Notes under the pieces: generated by a model
Seen by the model: the letters and a program-made list of their open reading frames with translations, nothing else
What the model was told of the DNA's origin: nothing
Database searches by the model: none
In this document: positions 27,368 to 37,465 of the stretch, piece by piece
Layout: each line of letters opens with the position of its first letter
Position numbering within the stretch: the stretch's first letter is position 1
DNA from: Chloroflexota bacterium
GTDB taxonomy: Bacteria; Chloroflexota; Dehalococcoidia; Bin125
Assembly (NCBI GenBank): GCA_026705025.1
Contig: JAPPBN010000026.1
Span: forward strand, 74,446 to 138,445
Direction of reading: 5' to 3'
Length of the DNA: 64,000 bases
Position numbers and translations under genes: made by a program

Positions 27368-28414
27368 GTGGTCGAGTCGGACGATCGAGAGACGATGATC
27401 ACCGAGCACGGGGTGTTGCCGATCGCGCTGGGGGATAACTGGGCTTATGCGCTGCCGACATCGGACGGCGTGATCATGATCGACGCGGGGCCGGACTATG
27501 ACGGGGCGTGGGAGGCTCTGGCGGCGCAGCTCAACGCGGCGGGGCTGGATATCGGCGATGTGAAGTACGTCGCGATTACGCATGCGCATATCGACCACTG
27601 CGGTCTGGCATTCCGCTGGCAAGCTGAGGGCGTGCCGGTCGTCGCTTCGGAGCTCGAGGCGCAGTCGTTCCTGCACGGTCGCAACATCATTGGTTATCAG
27701 ACGCAGTACGTGTTCGAGCACATGCGTCTGACGGGAGTGCCGGAGGAGCGGATCGCAGGGTTCATCGAGTCGCGGGAGCGGATGCGTCGGGCGTTCCGGT
27801 CGGGCGACAACACGGGCGGAGGGGTGCGCCGGGAGCGCTGGCCGGGTCTGATCCGGGGGACGCCGTTCCGGGCGGACGAGCCGCTGGCGGACGGAGCGGA
27901 GATCCGGCTGGGCGATCGCCGGGTGGTGCTGGTTTCGGCGCCGGGACACACGCCGGGAAACTGTGTGTTTTTCGAACCGGACACCGGAGCGCTATTCAGT
28001 GGGGACCAGGTGATCCCCGGTCTGAACTCGAATCCGGGCTGGCACTGGGATATCTCGGTTGAGCCGCCGGAACGGTTCCGCAGCCTGCCGGCGTTCGCTG
28101 ACTCGCTGGATCGGATTGAGACGCTCGACGTGACGCATCTGTATCCGGGACACCGCGAGCCGTCGGATCAGGTGGGTGATGAGATTGAGCGGGTGCGGCG
28201 GCATCATCGGAAGCGGCAGGGCCAGTTGCGAGAGATACTGGCGGATAGGCCGAAGTCGCCATACGAGCTGCTGACGACGATGTTCAGCCGGCTACCGGAT
28301 CGCCGCCTGTGGCAGGCGATGGCCGAGGTGACGGGACACATCGACGCGCTGGTGGTGCGGGGCGAGGCGGTGGAGGAGGAGGTCGACGGGTTGTTGACGA
28401 TCCGGTTGGTCTGA
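27368..28414 (+). CDS. MBL-fold metallo-hydrolase
   Basis: 348 aa; HAHIDHCG motif. Confidence 0.8.
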   Translation: MVESDDRETMITEHGVLPIALGDNWAYALPTSDGVIMIDAGPDYDGAWEALAAQLNAAGLDIGDVKYVAITHAHIDHCGLAFRWQAEGVPVVASELEAQSFLHGRNIIGYQTQYVFEHMRLTGVPEERIAGFIESRERMRRAFRSGDNTGGGVRRERWPGLIRGTPFRADEPLADGAEIRLGDRRVVLVSAPGHTPGNCVFFEPDTGALFSGDQVIPGLNSNPGWHWDISVEPPERFRSLPAFADSLDRIETLDVTHLYPGHREPSDQVGDEIERVRRHHRKRQGQLREILADRPKSPYELLTTMFSRLPDRRLWQAMAEVTGHIDALVVRGEAVEEEVDGLLTIRLV

Positions 28415-28418
28415 GTCG

Positions 28419-29684
28419 TCAGAGGCGGCGGTAGACGCCGGAGGAGCCGGACATGAGCTCGCCGAGGGTGGCTCGGCGGATGAGGGTGAGGGCCGAGGTG
28501 ACGGCTCGGGCTTTGATGGCGGCGCGGGTCTGGGCGAATGTGTAGCCGGTGGCGTAACTCTCGCCGGCGGTTTCGATGCCCAGGCAGACGGTACCGACCG
28601 GTTGGCCCCCGTGCGGTTCCGGCCCCGCCACGCCGGTGATGCCGACGCCAATGTCGGCGTCGAACTGGCGTCGCACGGCGCCGGCCATGGCGGCGGCGGT
28701 CTCGTTTGAGACGACGCCGTGCGCGTCGATAGTCGCCGCGTCCACGCCGTACTGGATTTTGGCCTCGGCGGTGTAGGTGACGAGTCCGCCCCGGAAGTAA
28801 CCGCTGGCGCCGGGCACGTCGGTGATCGTGCTGGCGAGGAGTCCGCCGGTGCACGATTCCATGACGGCGATTGACATGCCTCGATCCTGGAGCAACGCGG
28901 CAACGGCATCCTGGAAGGTGTCTTCGTCGACCCCCCAGATCGCATCGCCGAGCATCGAACGGATTCGTTGCTCGACCGGCGCGATTCGATCGCGGGCGAC
29001 ATCCTCATACATGGCCTTGGAGGCGAGCCGCACGTGGACGCCGTCGGCCTTGTGATAGACGCCGACGGTCGGATCTTCGGCGAAGCGCAGATCGCCGAGG
29101 AGTTCGTCGAGCATCGACTCGCCGAGGCCGGTGGTCTTGAGCGTGCGGGAGATCAAGACGCCCCCATCGGAGCGGGCTTTGAGGCGTGGTGCGATGTCGT
29201 TCTCCCACATGCCGGTCATTTCGGCCGGCGGCCCGGGCATGGCAATGATGATTGCGCCGTCTTTCTCGACCCACCAGCCGGGCGCGGTGCCGCGTGGATT
29301 GGGGATCGATTCCCCCGAGGGGATGATCGTCGCCTGCTTCACGTTTTGCTCAGGCATTCGTCCGCCGCGACGCTCAAAGAAGTTGCGGAGATGCGCTTCG
29401 AGCTCGGGAACCACGTAGGGCTCCTCGCCGACCGACTCGGCGATTGCATCGCGAGTGACATCGTCCTCCGTGGGTCCAAGACCGCCGGTCAGGATTACGA
29501 CATCTGAGCGACCGACGGCAGTCTGAATGAGTTCGACCAGCCGATCCCTGTTGTCGCCGATCTGGTGCATGAAGAAGAGGTCGATGCCCATCGCGGGTAA
29601 TCGCTGGGCCATGAAGTTGGCGTTGGTGTCGAGGATTTCGCCCATCAGGATTTCGGTGCCGATACTGATGATTTCCGCCCGCAT
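28419..29684 (-). CDS. cinA: competence/damage-inducible protein CinA (MoCF-binding + NMN-deamidase domains)
   Basis: 421 aa; N-terminal MRAEIISIGTEIL.G and C-terminal CinA domain. Confidence 0.85.
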   Translation of the reverse strand: MRAEIISIGTEILMGEILDTNANFMAQRLPAMGIDLFFMHQIGDNRDRLVELIQTAVGRSDVVILTGGLGPTEDDVTRDAIAESVGEEPYVVPELEAHLRNFFERRGGRMPEQNVKQATIIPSGESIPNPRGTAPGWWVEKDGAIIIAMPGPPAEMTGMWENDIAPRLKARSDGGVLISRTLKTTGLGESMLDELLGDLRFAEDPTVGVYHKADGVHVRLASKAMYEDVARDRIAPVEQRIRSMLGDAIWGVDEDTFQDAVAALLQDRGMSIAVMESCTGGLLASTITDVPGASGYFRGGLVTYTAEAKIQYGVDAATIDAHGVVSNETAAAMAGAVRRQFDADIGVGITGVAGPEPHGGQPVGTVCLGIETAGESYATGYTFAQTRAAIKARAVTSALTLIRRATLGELMSGSSGVYRRL

Positions 29685-29734
29685 ATGGACCTCGTCTCGC
29701 TGTTGCCTCGTCGCTCAGATGGTACTCGGCGGAC

Positions 29735-30757
29735 ATGAATCGAACCCCGCGGACCTGCTGGTACGCTTCCCGAATGACCACCACCGCGCCGCCTCCGAGC
29801 CTGTCTGACGTTGCCGAGATGGCGACCCGCGTGCGGGAGAACGTGGGCCGCGTGATTGTCGGTCGCGAGCAGGTGCTGGACCACACGCTGGCCGCGATTC
29901 TGTCGGAGGGCCACATCCTGCTTGACGACGTCCCCGGTCTGGGCAAGACGATGCTGGCCAAGTCGTTCGCTCGCTCGATCGGCTGCTCGTTCCGACGGAT
30001 CCAGTTCACGCCCGACCTGCTGCCATCGGATGTGACCGGGGTCAACATTTACAACCAGAAATCGGGCGAGTTCGAGTTTCGGGCCGGTCCGTTGCTGGCT
30101 CAGCTCGTCCTGGCGGACGAGATCAACCGAGCCTCGCCGCGAACACAGGCGGCGCTGTTGGAAGCGATGGAAGAGCGACAGCTGACGGTCGAAGGCGAGA
30201 CGATGGCGATGCCGCGTCCGTTCCTGGTGATCGCCACACAGAATCCGGTCGAGCTGGAGGGCACCTTCCCGTTGCCCGAGGCTCAGCTAGACCGGTTCCT
30301 GCTCAGATTGCGCATGGGCTATCCCGACGCAGCCGAGGAAGACGCGATCCTGCTGCGCTTCGAGCGCGCGCAGCCGCTGGAGGAACTGGAGCCGGTGGTG
30401 GAGTCGGAGCGGCTTCGCCTGATGGTTGAGACGGTGGAGCAGGTTCGGGTCAGCGAGGCCGTTCGCGGGTACATCGTGGCGATCGTTCAGGCGTCCCGGG
30501 AAGAGAAGGCATTTGAGCTGGGAGCGTCGCCGCGCGCGTCCCTGGCGCTGATGCGCACGACGCGCGCGTTGGCTGCGATCCGCGGACGCGAGTTCGTGCT
30601 GCCGGACGATGTGCAGGAGATGGCGCGGGTGGTGCTGCCTCACCGGCTGATGCTGTCGGCAGACGCACGTTTGCGTTCTTCAACGCCGGAGTCATTGCTC
30701 GAGCAGATGTTGAACCGCGTCCCGGTACCGATCGAAGCCGCCGCCGCCGGCAGCTAG
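29735..30757 (+). CDS. MoxR-family AAA+ ATPase
   Basis: Walker A GLGKTM, Walker B LLADEINRA; true start may be the later Met (MTTT.. at about 29774). Confidence 0.85.
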   Translation: MNRTPRTCWYASRMTTTAPPPSLSDVAEMATRVRENVGRVIVGREQVLDHTLAAILSEGHILLDDVPGLGKTMLAKSFARSIGCSFRRIQFTPDLLPSDVTGVNIYNQKSGEFEFRAGPLLAQLVLADEINRASPRTQAALLEAMEERQLTVEGETMAMPRPFLVIATQNPVELEGTFPLPEAQLDRFLLRLRMGYPDAAEEDAILLRFERAQPLEELEPVVESERLRLMVETVEQVRVSEAVRGYIVAIVQASREEKAFELGASPRASLALMRTTRALAAIRGREFVLPDDVQEMARVVLPHRLMLSADARLRSSTPESLLEQMLNRVPVPIEAAAAGS

Positions 30758-30796
30758 TTCCGGCCAGAGCGAACCAGCGAATCGAGAGGGTCCGCC

Positions 30797-32335
30797 ATGT
30801 CGATTCTGGGCGGCGGTGCGCTGAGCGAGCTCGAAGCCCGAAGCCGGCTGGAGGAACGGCAAGAACGGATCGCATCAGGGAACTGGGGCTTCCGCCACGA
30901 CAACCGGATCATTCGAGCGATCTGGGCTCCGGCAACGGTCATTGTGGTGCTGCTCGGGGTGGCGACCGGCGAGATCATCGTGTCACTCGTGGCGGCGACC
31001 GTGCTGGTCGCCGGGTGGGCCGCCTGGACCTGGACTCGATACGCCCTGAATCGGCTCGAGAGCGACGTGCAGATTTCGCAGAACCACGCGTTCGTGGGCG
31101 AGACCCTGGGACTCCAGTTGCGGCTTGAGAATCGCAAGATCATCCCGTTGACGGCACTGCAGGTGCGGATCAATCTGCCGGAGATCCTTGAGCCCTCGAA
31201 TGAGCCGTTCAGCAGACTGCACGAGTCGGCTCCGCAGGAGGGCGTCGTGGTTCGGTCGACCTCGATGCGCTGGTATGAGCGGTTGATCTGGGACTTCCAG
31301 ATTCCACTAATCACGCGAGGGCATTTCCAACTTGCACGGGTCGATCTCAAGTCGGGAGACCTGTTCGGGGTCTACCGCCGTGAGCGCACCGACGATGCGG
31401 AGCACACGCTCTGGGTGTACCCGGAGGTGATTGCGCTGGACCGGCTGGGACTGCCGCGATTGCGGCCGCAGGGTGAACGTCGCGGCGGTCAACGACTGTT
31501 CGAGGATCCGACAAGATTGCAGACGATCCGCGACTATCGGCCGGGCGACCCGCTGAAGAAGGTCGACTGGAAGGCCACCGCGCGGCGCCAGACATTGCAA
31601 TCACGGGTCTATGACCCGTCCAGCGACCTGATCGCGATGGTCGCGCTCAACGTGTCGACGCTGCCTCATGCCTGGCAGGGATTTTTCGGCGACATCTTCG
31701 AGCGCGCAGTTTCGGTAGCGGCGTCGTTGGCCAGCGATTTTTCGCAGGACCGCGTACCGGTGGGGCTGCTGGCCAACTGCACCTGGCCGGGTCACGACAC
31801 GGCGATCCGGGTTCCCCCATCGCGGGCACCCGGACAGATGACGCGCATTCTTGAAGCGCTGGCCATGGCCGATGTATTCACGCTGGTTCGGATCGAACGG
31901 ATGTTGAGTGAGGAGCGTTTGACCTTCGGCTCGACGCTCGCATTAGTGACGGCGGTGCTGACCCCGGCGCTGGAATCGTCGCTGATCCGCCTGAAACAGC
32001 ATGGCGCTCAAGTTGGCTTGATCTATGTCGGCATCGAAGATCCGCCTGCGACGTTCGCTGAGTCACCTGTCTACGACATTCGCAGGGCGCTGGAAGGACT
32101 GCACTACGAACGGGTCGGCGAGGCGGGCCCCTGGGCTCGAACTGATCGGCTGTACGCGAGTCGCCGGCCGCCGGAACCGACTGAAGAAGTGAGTGTTCCG
32201 ACCTTCGTTGGCGGCGACGATCCCATGCCGCATGAAGTCTCCAGCAGTGATGGTCAGGTGGCGGTCGCCGACGGCTCGCCGTCCGCGGCGAGCGAACCGC
32301 AGAGTCCCTGGTCGCGGCCGGAGCGACCAGGATGA
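30797..32335 (+). CDS. DUF58-domain protein (vWA-like; MoxR partner)
   Basis: 512 aa; two N-terminal TM helices then DUF58 pattern; follows MoxR. Confidence 0.75.
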   Translation: MSILGGGALSELEARSRLEERQERIASGNWGFRHDNRIIRAIWAPATVIVVLLGVATGEIIVSLVAATVLVAGWAAWTWTRYALNRLESDVQISQNHAFVGETLGLQLRLENRKIIPLTALQVRINLPEILEPSNEPFSRLHESAPQEGVVVRSTSMRWYERLIWDFQIPLITRGHFQLARVDLKSGDLFGVYRRERTDDAEHTLWVYPEVIALDRLGLPRLRPQGERRGGQRLFEDPTRLQTIRDYRPGDPLKKVDWKATARRQTLQSRVYDPSSDLIAMVALNVSTLPHAWQGFFGDIFERAVSVAASLASDFSQDRVPVGLLANCTWPGHDTAIRVPPSRAPGQMTRILEALAMADVFTLVRIERMLSEERLTFGSTLALVTAVLTPALESSLIRLKQHGAQVGLIYVGIEDPPATFAESPVYDIRRALEGLHYERVGEAGPWARTDRLYASRRPPEPTEEVSVPTFVGGDDPMPHEVSSSDGQVAVADGSPSAASEPQSPWSRPERPG

Positions 32336-33795
32336 GCGTGGCTGACGCCGCCGTTGTTTCGGCGCCTCCGCGGAGACGGGTGGAACTGGTCTACACGGCT
32401 TCACTGCTCGCCGGCGAAGCGATCCTGCTGATCATCCTGGCCAAGTTGATCCCGCGTCTGGTGGCGTACGACGCCGGCGAAACACTCTCTGTCTGGGCGG
32501 TCGCCGGAACGCTCGGATTGGGTTTTCTGGTCTCTCGCTGGCTTGGGCGACGTGAGCTATCGATGAAGCAACGCTTCTGGTGGGGTCTGCTGATCACACT
32601 GGTCGCCCTGCAGATCATCGGCTCGGCCGACCTGTCGGAGAGCGCCCGGATCTGGAACATGTCCTGGTTGCTGGAGCTGGGCCGGCCGTCGAGTCCGGTC
32701 TGGCGGGAGGTGGTGCTGCTCGAGGACGGGACGGCGATGCCCGGAGAAATCGACCAACTCTTTGCCGCCTTCATGTTGATCCCGATCTGGTTCCGCGGCG
32801 TTGCGCTGGGGAATGCCGATCTCGTAGAGCGGCCGTTCGCCGGGTACGCGCTGTCGGGACTGGTCATCCTGGCCTTCGCGCTGGCGGTGGCCAACAACGG
32901 CGGAGTGGTTGACCACGTCCGCGGACTTGGGATTCTATGGGTCGTGATGGGTCTGCTCACCGTGGCGCTGAAGACGGCGGCGAGCTCGGATCAGATCCAG
33001 GGTCTGGGGGCGGCGCAGACCGGCGCTTCCGTGGCGGCGACGCTGGTGGCGATGGTGATTGGCGTCGCCCTGTTCCTGTTGTTGGTCACGGGCATTGTGG
33101 GTCTGGTCGCCGGTTCCGGCGTCGTCGAGCCAGTGCTCAACGCGCTGGGGGTGGGTCTGCGAGCGATCATCACTGGGATCACCTACCTCCTCTGGCCACT
33201 GTTCTGGTTGGTCGAACAGGCCAAGGAATGGATCGGGGAGCCCGCTCCAGCGGAGAACCAGCAGCTAGGCGAGGGTATCGGGGGACCATTCGAGGTCGAG
33301 GAAGCTGAAGATGGTGACGCCGATCCAACGGCTGGCATCGTCATGGCGCGGGTCTTTGGCGGGATCGGCGCGGTGTTGGTATTAGCAGTGCTGGCCTTCT
33401 ACCTCTTCCGCAGGTTCATACGTCGTGAAGCGCGGATCGAAGAGATTCGGGAGTCGCTCTGGGCAGATGCGGATGTGACCGGCGACCTGCTCGGCGCGCT
33501 GCGCGGATTTCGCGACCGGTTTCGTCGGGAGCAGAGCGAACGCTACGCCGACGCGCCGATCGCCGAGTTGTATTTCGATGTGCTCAAGCACGCCGAGACG
33601 AAAGGGCAGGCGCGGGCCGTCCACCGGACACCGCTGCAGTTTGCCGACGCGCTCGAACGCGCGTATCACAGTCCGACGCCGAAGCGGATCTCGAGGGCGT
33701 TCAGCAATTTCCGCTACGGCGGACGGCAGCCGAGCGAAGCTGAGCTGAATTCAATGCGTCAGAGCTGGGACTCGCTGAAGGACGGGCCGTCCTGA
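32332..33795 (+). CDS. DUF4129-domain membrane protein
   Basis: 487 aa; multi-TM with C-terminal TPLQFADALERAY DUF4129 signature; ATGA overlap with the DUF58 gene. Confidence 0.7.
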   Translation: MSVADAAVVSAPPRRRVELVYTASLLAGEAILLIILAKLIPRLVAYDAGETLSVWAVAGTLGLGFLVSRWLGRRELSMKQRFWWGLLITLVALQIIGSADLSESARIWNMSWLLELGRPSSPVWREVVLLEDGTAMPGEIDQLFAAFMLIPIWFRGVALGNADLVERPFAGYALSGLVILAFALAVANNGGVVDHVRGLGILWVVMGLLTVALKTAASSDQIQGLGAAQTGASVAATLVAMVIGVALFLLLVTGIVGLVAGSGVVEPVLNALGVGLRAIITGITYLLWPLFWLVEQAKEWIGEPAPAENQQLGEGIGGPFEVEEAEDGDADPTAGIVMARVFGGIGAVLVLAVLAFYLFRRFIRREARIEEIRESLWADADVTGDLLGALRGFRDRFRREQSERYADAPIAELYFDVLKHAETKGQARAVHRTPLQFADALERAYHSPTPKRISRAFSNFRYGGRQPSEAELNSMRQSWDSLKDGPS

Positions 33796-34524
33796 TCGAT
33801 CCACTGTCAGGGCGATGACTGTCGAATCGGCGTCGATGTCGCCGGCGTACGTGAAGTCGGCCTGGAATCCCAGGTTGCGCAGGTGGTCGCCGTGGGGCGA
33901 GTCAGCGAAGGCGCGGGATGGCGATCGCGCGTAGGCCTGGTACAGCTTGAGCGCGAGCTGTGCGCCTCCTCGGATTGCTGCGTTCGGCACGATGTGTTGA
34001 AGCCGAGCGACATACGCGCCCGCGGCGAAGGAATCCTCGACGGATGGCGAGGTGCCGCCGTGATCGCCGCTACAGACGATGGCGATGCGCGACGGCGCAC
34101 TGGCAAGCAGATGCTCGATCGAGGCGCTCATGTTGCGCAAGCAGCCTGAGAGGGCGAGATCGGCGTCCTTGGCGTTGACCAGGGCCCGTGTTCCGTTGCT
34201 GGTGACGTGGACGACGGTCCAGCCGCGCACGTCGAGCGACTCGAACTCGGTTGGTGAGTTGCCATAATCGGCTTTGGGTGGAGGCAGGGCGCCGACCTCG
34301 CCGATCAACCGGCTGCCGGAGATGGCATCGCGCAGTGTCACACCGGTAGCGAAGTCGGCGACGGGATACACCGCACAGGCCTGGCCGGCAAACAGTGCGG
34401 CATGCACGGTCGTGGCGCGGAAGATATCCAGCACGACCACGGCCGCGCCCTTGAGCACGGATGCGGGCGGAGGTTGGAGGTAGGCCTGGATTTCCAGTTC
34501 GCGAACAACTCGCTGATCTGACAT
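33751..34524 (-). CDS. comB: 2-phosphosulfolactate phosphatase (ComB family)
   Basis: 257 aa; VVLDIFRATT and ComB fold pattern. Confidence 0.7.
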   Translation of the reverse strand: MSDQRVVRELEIQAYLQPPPASVLKGAAVVVLDIFRATTVHAALFAGQACAVYPVADFATGVTLRDAISGSRLIGEVGALPPPKADYGNSPTEFESLDVRGWTVVHVTSNGTRALVNAKDADLALSGCLRNMSASIEHLLASAPSRIAIVCSGDHGGTSPSVEDSFAAGAYVARLQHIVPNAAIRGGAQLALKLYQAYARSPSRAFADSPHGDHLRNLGFQADFTYAGDIDADSTVIALTVDRSGRPVLQRVPALTH

Positions 34525-34526
34525 CC

Positions 34527-35390
34527 ATGCAGCCTACGACCGAACGGTTGCAAGGATACCCTTGGGGCATGGCTGCATCAGCGTTTCAAGATCGGCTGGC
34601 GGCAGCGATGGATGCCAGCCACTCGCTGATTTGCGTGGGACTCGATCCGCAGCCCCAGCGCACGCCAGTTGACGAGATTCTCGATTTCAACACACGCGTC
34701 ATCGAGGCGACGGCCGGTCTCGCCTGTGCTTACAAGCCGCAGTCGGCCTTCTATGAAGTCGCGGGTAATGCCGGTTGGCAGGCGCTCAGGGAGACGATTG
34801 CCGCGGTCAGACAGATCGCGCCAGAGGCCGTGGTCATCCTCGATGCCAAGCGCAACGACATTGGCAATACGGCCGAGGCGTATGCGGCCAGCGCATTCGA
34901 CTGGTTTGACGCCGACGCGATAACGATCAACCCCTATCTGGGCAGAGACGCCGTCGCGCCGTTTCTGCAGCGACCTGATCGCGGCGCGTTTGCGCTCTGC
35001 CGCACGTCCAATCCGGGCGCGGCCGACTTGCAATCGTTGTCGATGGCCAATGGTGAACCGCTGTACCTGACAGTGGCGGAGCAGGCTCGCACGTGGGGTG
35101 AGAGCCATCACGGCAATCTCGGTCTCGTCGTTGGTGCGACCTGGCCGGAGGAGCTGAAGCAAGTGCGTGCTTTGTGTCCGGAGATGCCGATCCTGTTGCC
35201 CGGTATTGGCGCGCAGGGAGGCGATCTGGAGGCTTCGGTGGCAGTCGGTCTCGATGTCGACGGACGTGGACTACTGGTCTCGGCATCCCGATCGGTGATC
35301 TATGCAGGCGGTGCGGAGGAGATTCGCGCGGAGGCATTGAGGTTGCGCGCTGCGGCCAATGCGGCGATTCCGGCTCGCGAGCTGCCGTGA
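34527..35390 (+). CDS. pyrF: orotidine-5'-phosphate decarboxylase, type 2
   Basis: Start taken at ATG 34527 (MQPTTERLQGYPWGMAAS...). LICVGLDP and ILDAKRNDIGNT motifs. Longest ORF starts at 34461. Confidence 0.85.
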   Translation: MQPTTERLQGYPWGMAASAFQDRLAAAMDASHSLICVGLDPQPQRTPVDEILDFNTRVIEATAGLACAYKPQSAFYEVAGNAGWQALRETIAAVRQIAPEAVVILDAKRNDIGNTAEAYAASAFDWFDADAITINPYLGRDAVAPFLQRPDRGAFALCRTSNPGAADLQSLSMANGEPLYLTVAEQARTWGESHHGNLGLVVGATWPEELKQVRALCPEMPILLPGIGAQGGDLEASVAVGLDVDGRGLLVSASRSVIYAGGAEEIRAEALRLRAAANAAIPARELP

Positions 35391-36721
35391 CCGCGGACCC
35401 CGAGCTCGAGGCGACGACGTCAACCGATCCTCCCGTTGGCGCGCTGTTTCGCAATCGTCCGTTCCTGGCGCTCTGGTCGGCGACCGGGATCCAGCTGACG
35501 ATCAACTCCGCCATCCAGTTTGTGCTGCTGATCTGGGTGCTGGAACAGACCGGGTCGCCGTTTGCCTCGACGCTGTTGGTGATCTGCCTGGCCGCTCCAC
35601 CGGTGGTCACTGGCGCGATCGCCGGGGTGTTGCTGGACCGGCTCGACAAGCGGCGGGTGCTGATCGTCGCGGTCATCATTCGTGCCGGACTGACCGCGTT
35701 GTTACTCATCGCCGACAACGTGTCCGTCGGGACGGTCTACGCGGTGGCCTTCGGAACCGCGCTGGCCGGCCAGTTCGCGGTTCCGGCGGGAGCGGCCGCG
35801 CTGCCCCGTTTTGTCTCCCGGCAGCAGCTGTTGTCGGCCAACTCGGCGTTTCAGTTCACGACCATGTCGACGCAGTTGATCGGGTTGGTGATTATCGCGC
35901 CAATCATGTTGAAGGTGATCGGCTACGACGCGTCATACATCGTCAGTGCCGTCGCGCTGGCGTTCTCGGCAGTGCTACTCGCCTGCTTGCCCTCGCTTCC
36001 GCCGTTCGACCGCACGCCCCACCGCGTGTCCGAAGATGTCGGTCAGGTCAGGGCGGCCTTCGCCACCACGTTGCACGACATTCGTTCGGCGGGGGATCTC
36101 GTCTGGCGCGACCGGTTAACGGCGCTGGCGCTTGTCCAGCTGATTTCCGGCGTGATGATGCTGTTCATGTTCGCCGTGCTGGTCCCGCAGTTTGTCCACG
36201 ATGTGCTCGGACGTGCCGAGGAGGATGCGGTCTTCGTCTTCTGGCCGACCGGCTTTGGGGCACTGCTGGCGCTGGTTTTCGTACCGCGGATCGGCCGGCG
36301 GATCCGGATGAACACGATGGCCTCGTTCGGTCTGGCGGTGATCACCGTCATCGTGACGGCGTTCGGTGTGCTCGACTTCCTCCGGTCGACTGGTTCCACC
36401 CAGGACTGGCTGCTGGCCGCCACGCTGATCATGGCGTTCCCCCTCGGTCTTGCCTACGCGATGGTCAATGCCCCGGCCCAGACCCTGCTTCAGGAGCGCT
36501 CGCCGCCGGAGATGCGTGGGCGCCTGTTCTCGGCGCAGATGATGCTGGCCAATGCGGTCTCGATGCTGGCGCTGCTCTTGGTCGGCGGAGTGTCGGACGC
36601 CGCCGGGGTGAGGCAAGGACTGTTCCTGCTAGGCGGGGGGTTGTTCCTGATCACGCTGGGATCGCTCTGGTTGGGACGGGGAGGTCCCACGCGACCGCCA
36701 CCCGAGCTGACCGGCGATTGA
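35387..36721 (+). CDS. MFS transporter
   Basis: ~12 TM; GTG start overlapping the pyrF stop (GTGA). The longer ORF from 35174 would overlap pyrF by 216 nt and is rejected. Confidence 0.75.
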   Translation: MTADPELEATTSTDPPVGALFRNRPFLALWSATGIQLTINSAIQFVLLIWVLEQTGSPFASTLLVICLAAPPVVTGAIAGVLLDRLDKRRVLIVAVIIRAGLTALLLIADNVSVGTVYAVAFGTALAGQFAVPAGAAALPRFVSRQQLLSANSAFQFTTMSTQLIGLVIIAPIMLKVIGYDASYIVSAVALAFSAVLLACLPSLPPFDRTPHRVSEDVGQVRAAFATTLHDIRSAGDLVWRDRLTALALVQLISGVMMLFMFAVLVPQFVHDVLGRAEEDAVFVFWPTGFGALLALVFVPRIGRRIRMNTMASFGLAVITVIVTAFGVLDFLRSTGSTQDWLLAATLIMAFPLGLAYAMVNAPAQTLLQERSPPEMRGRLFSAQMMLANAVSMLALLLVGGVSDAAGVRQGLFLLGGGLFLITLGSLWLGRGGPTRPPPELTGD

Positions 36722-36820
36722 GCCGATACCCTCTCCTGCCGTTCCTCGAGCCGACTCCCGGCCTACGCTAATCTGACACAGCAGACGCTGCGAGATAGCG
36801 ATCGGGCAGAGATAGAAGGG

Positions 36821-37351
36821 ATGCGCGACATGAAAGAAGTCACCATCGAAGCGCTGCGCGTCTCTCTGATGAACTACAACCGCGTCGTGGTCCTCAAGGA
36901 AAAGGACGCCGACCGCTACCTGACCATCTACATCGGCGCGGCCGAGGCCGATGCGATTGCCATCCGGCTGCAGAACGTGTCAGTCCAGCGGCCGATGACG
37001 CACGATTTGATGACCAATGTGATGCAGGAGCTGGGCGCCAGCGTGACCCGGGTTGTCGTGACCGAGGTGCGCAACGACACCTATTACGCCCGCGTCTTCC
37101 TGGACGTGAACAATGAGCAGGTGGAGATCGACTCCCGCCCGTCCGACGCGATCGCACTGGCGGTTCGGGCCGAGGCGCCGATTTTCGTCGAGGACGAGGT
37201 GATCGACCAGGCAGGGGTGTTGCTCGACGACGAGGGCCTGGTGGCGACCGACGAAGAGGGTCGGCCCGAGCCGGTCAAGCCGGAGGAACTGGAAAAGATG
37301 TCGGCCTTCCGCGACTTCATCGAGTCGCTCGACATGGACGACTTCGAGTAA
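36821..37351 (+). CDS. bifunctional nuclease family protein (BFN/DUF151)
   Basis: 176 aa; EVTIEALRVSLMNYNRVVVLKEKDADRYLTIYIG matches BFN domain. Confidence 0.75.
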   Translation: MRDMKEVTIEALRVSLMNYNRVVVLKEKDADRYLTIYIGAAEADAIAIRLQNVSVQRPMTHDLMTNVMQELGASVTRVVVTEVRNDTYYARVFLDVNNEQVEIDSRPSDAIALAVRAEAPIFVEDEVIDQAGVLLDDEGLVATDEEGRPEPVKPEELEKMSAFRDFIESLDMDDFE

Positions 37352-37426
37352 TCCGCACTACACAACGATTGCCGGGTCTGGAATCGGCTCCCGCCGAGGC
37401 GGCACTGCCTTGTCGCAAGTGGTGTC

Positions 37427-37442
37427 TGTGATAGCCTTCACA
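37427..37442. promoter_or_regulatory. Rex operator candidate upstream of the ATP synthase operon
   Basis: tgtgatagccttcaca = TGTGA-N6-TCACA, close to the Rex consensus TTGTGAA-N4-TTCACAA; 24 nt upstream of the atpZ start; rex at 48309..48983. Confidence 0.55.
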
Positions 37443-37465
37443 TTGCTCCGGCAGGGGGTACCCCC

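Noticed and set aside
35174-35386. Upstream extension of the MFS gene overlapping pyrF by 216 nt
   Set aside because: Would overlap a confident pyrF in another frame. A GTG at 35387 overlapping the pyrF stop gives a sensible MFS N-terminus.
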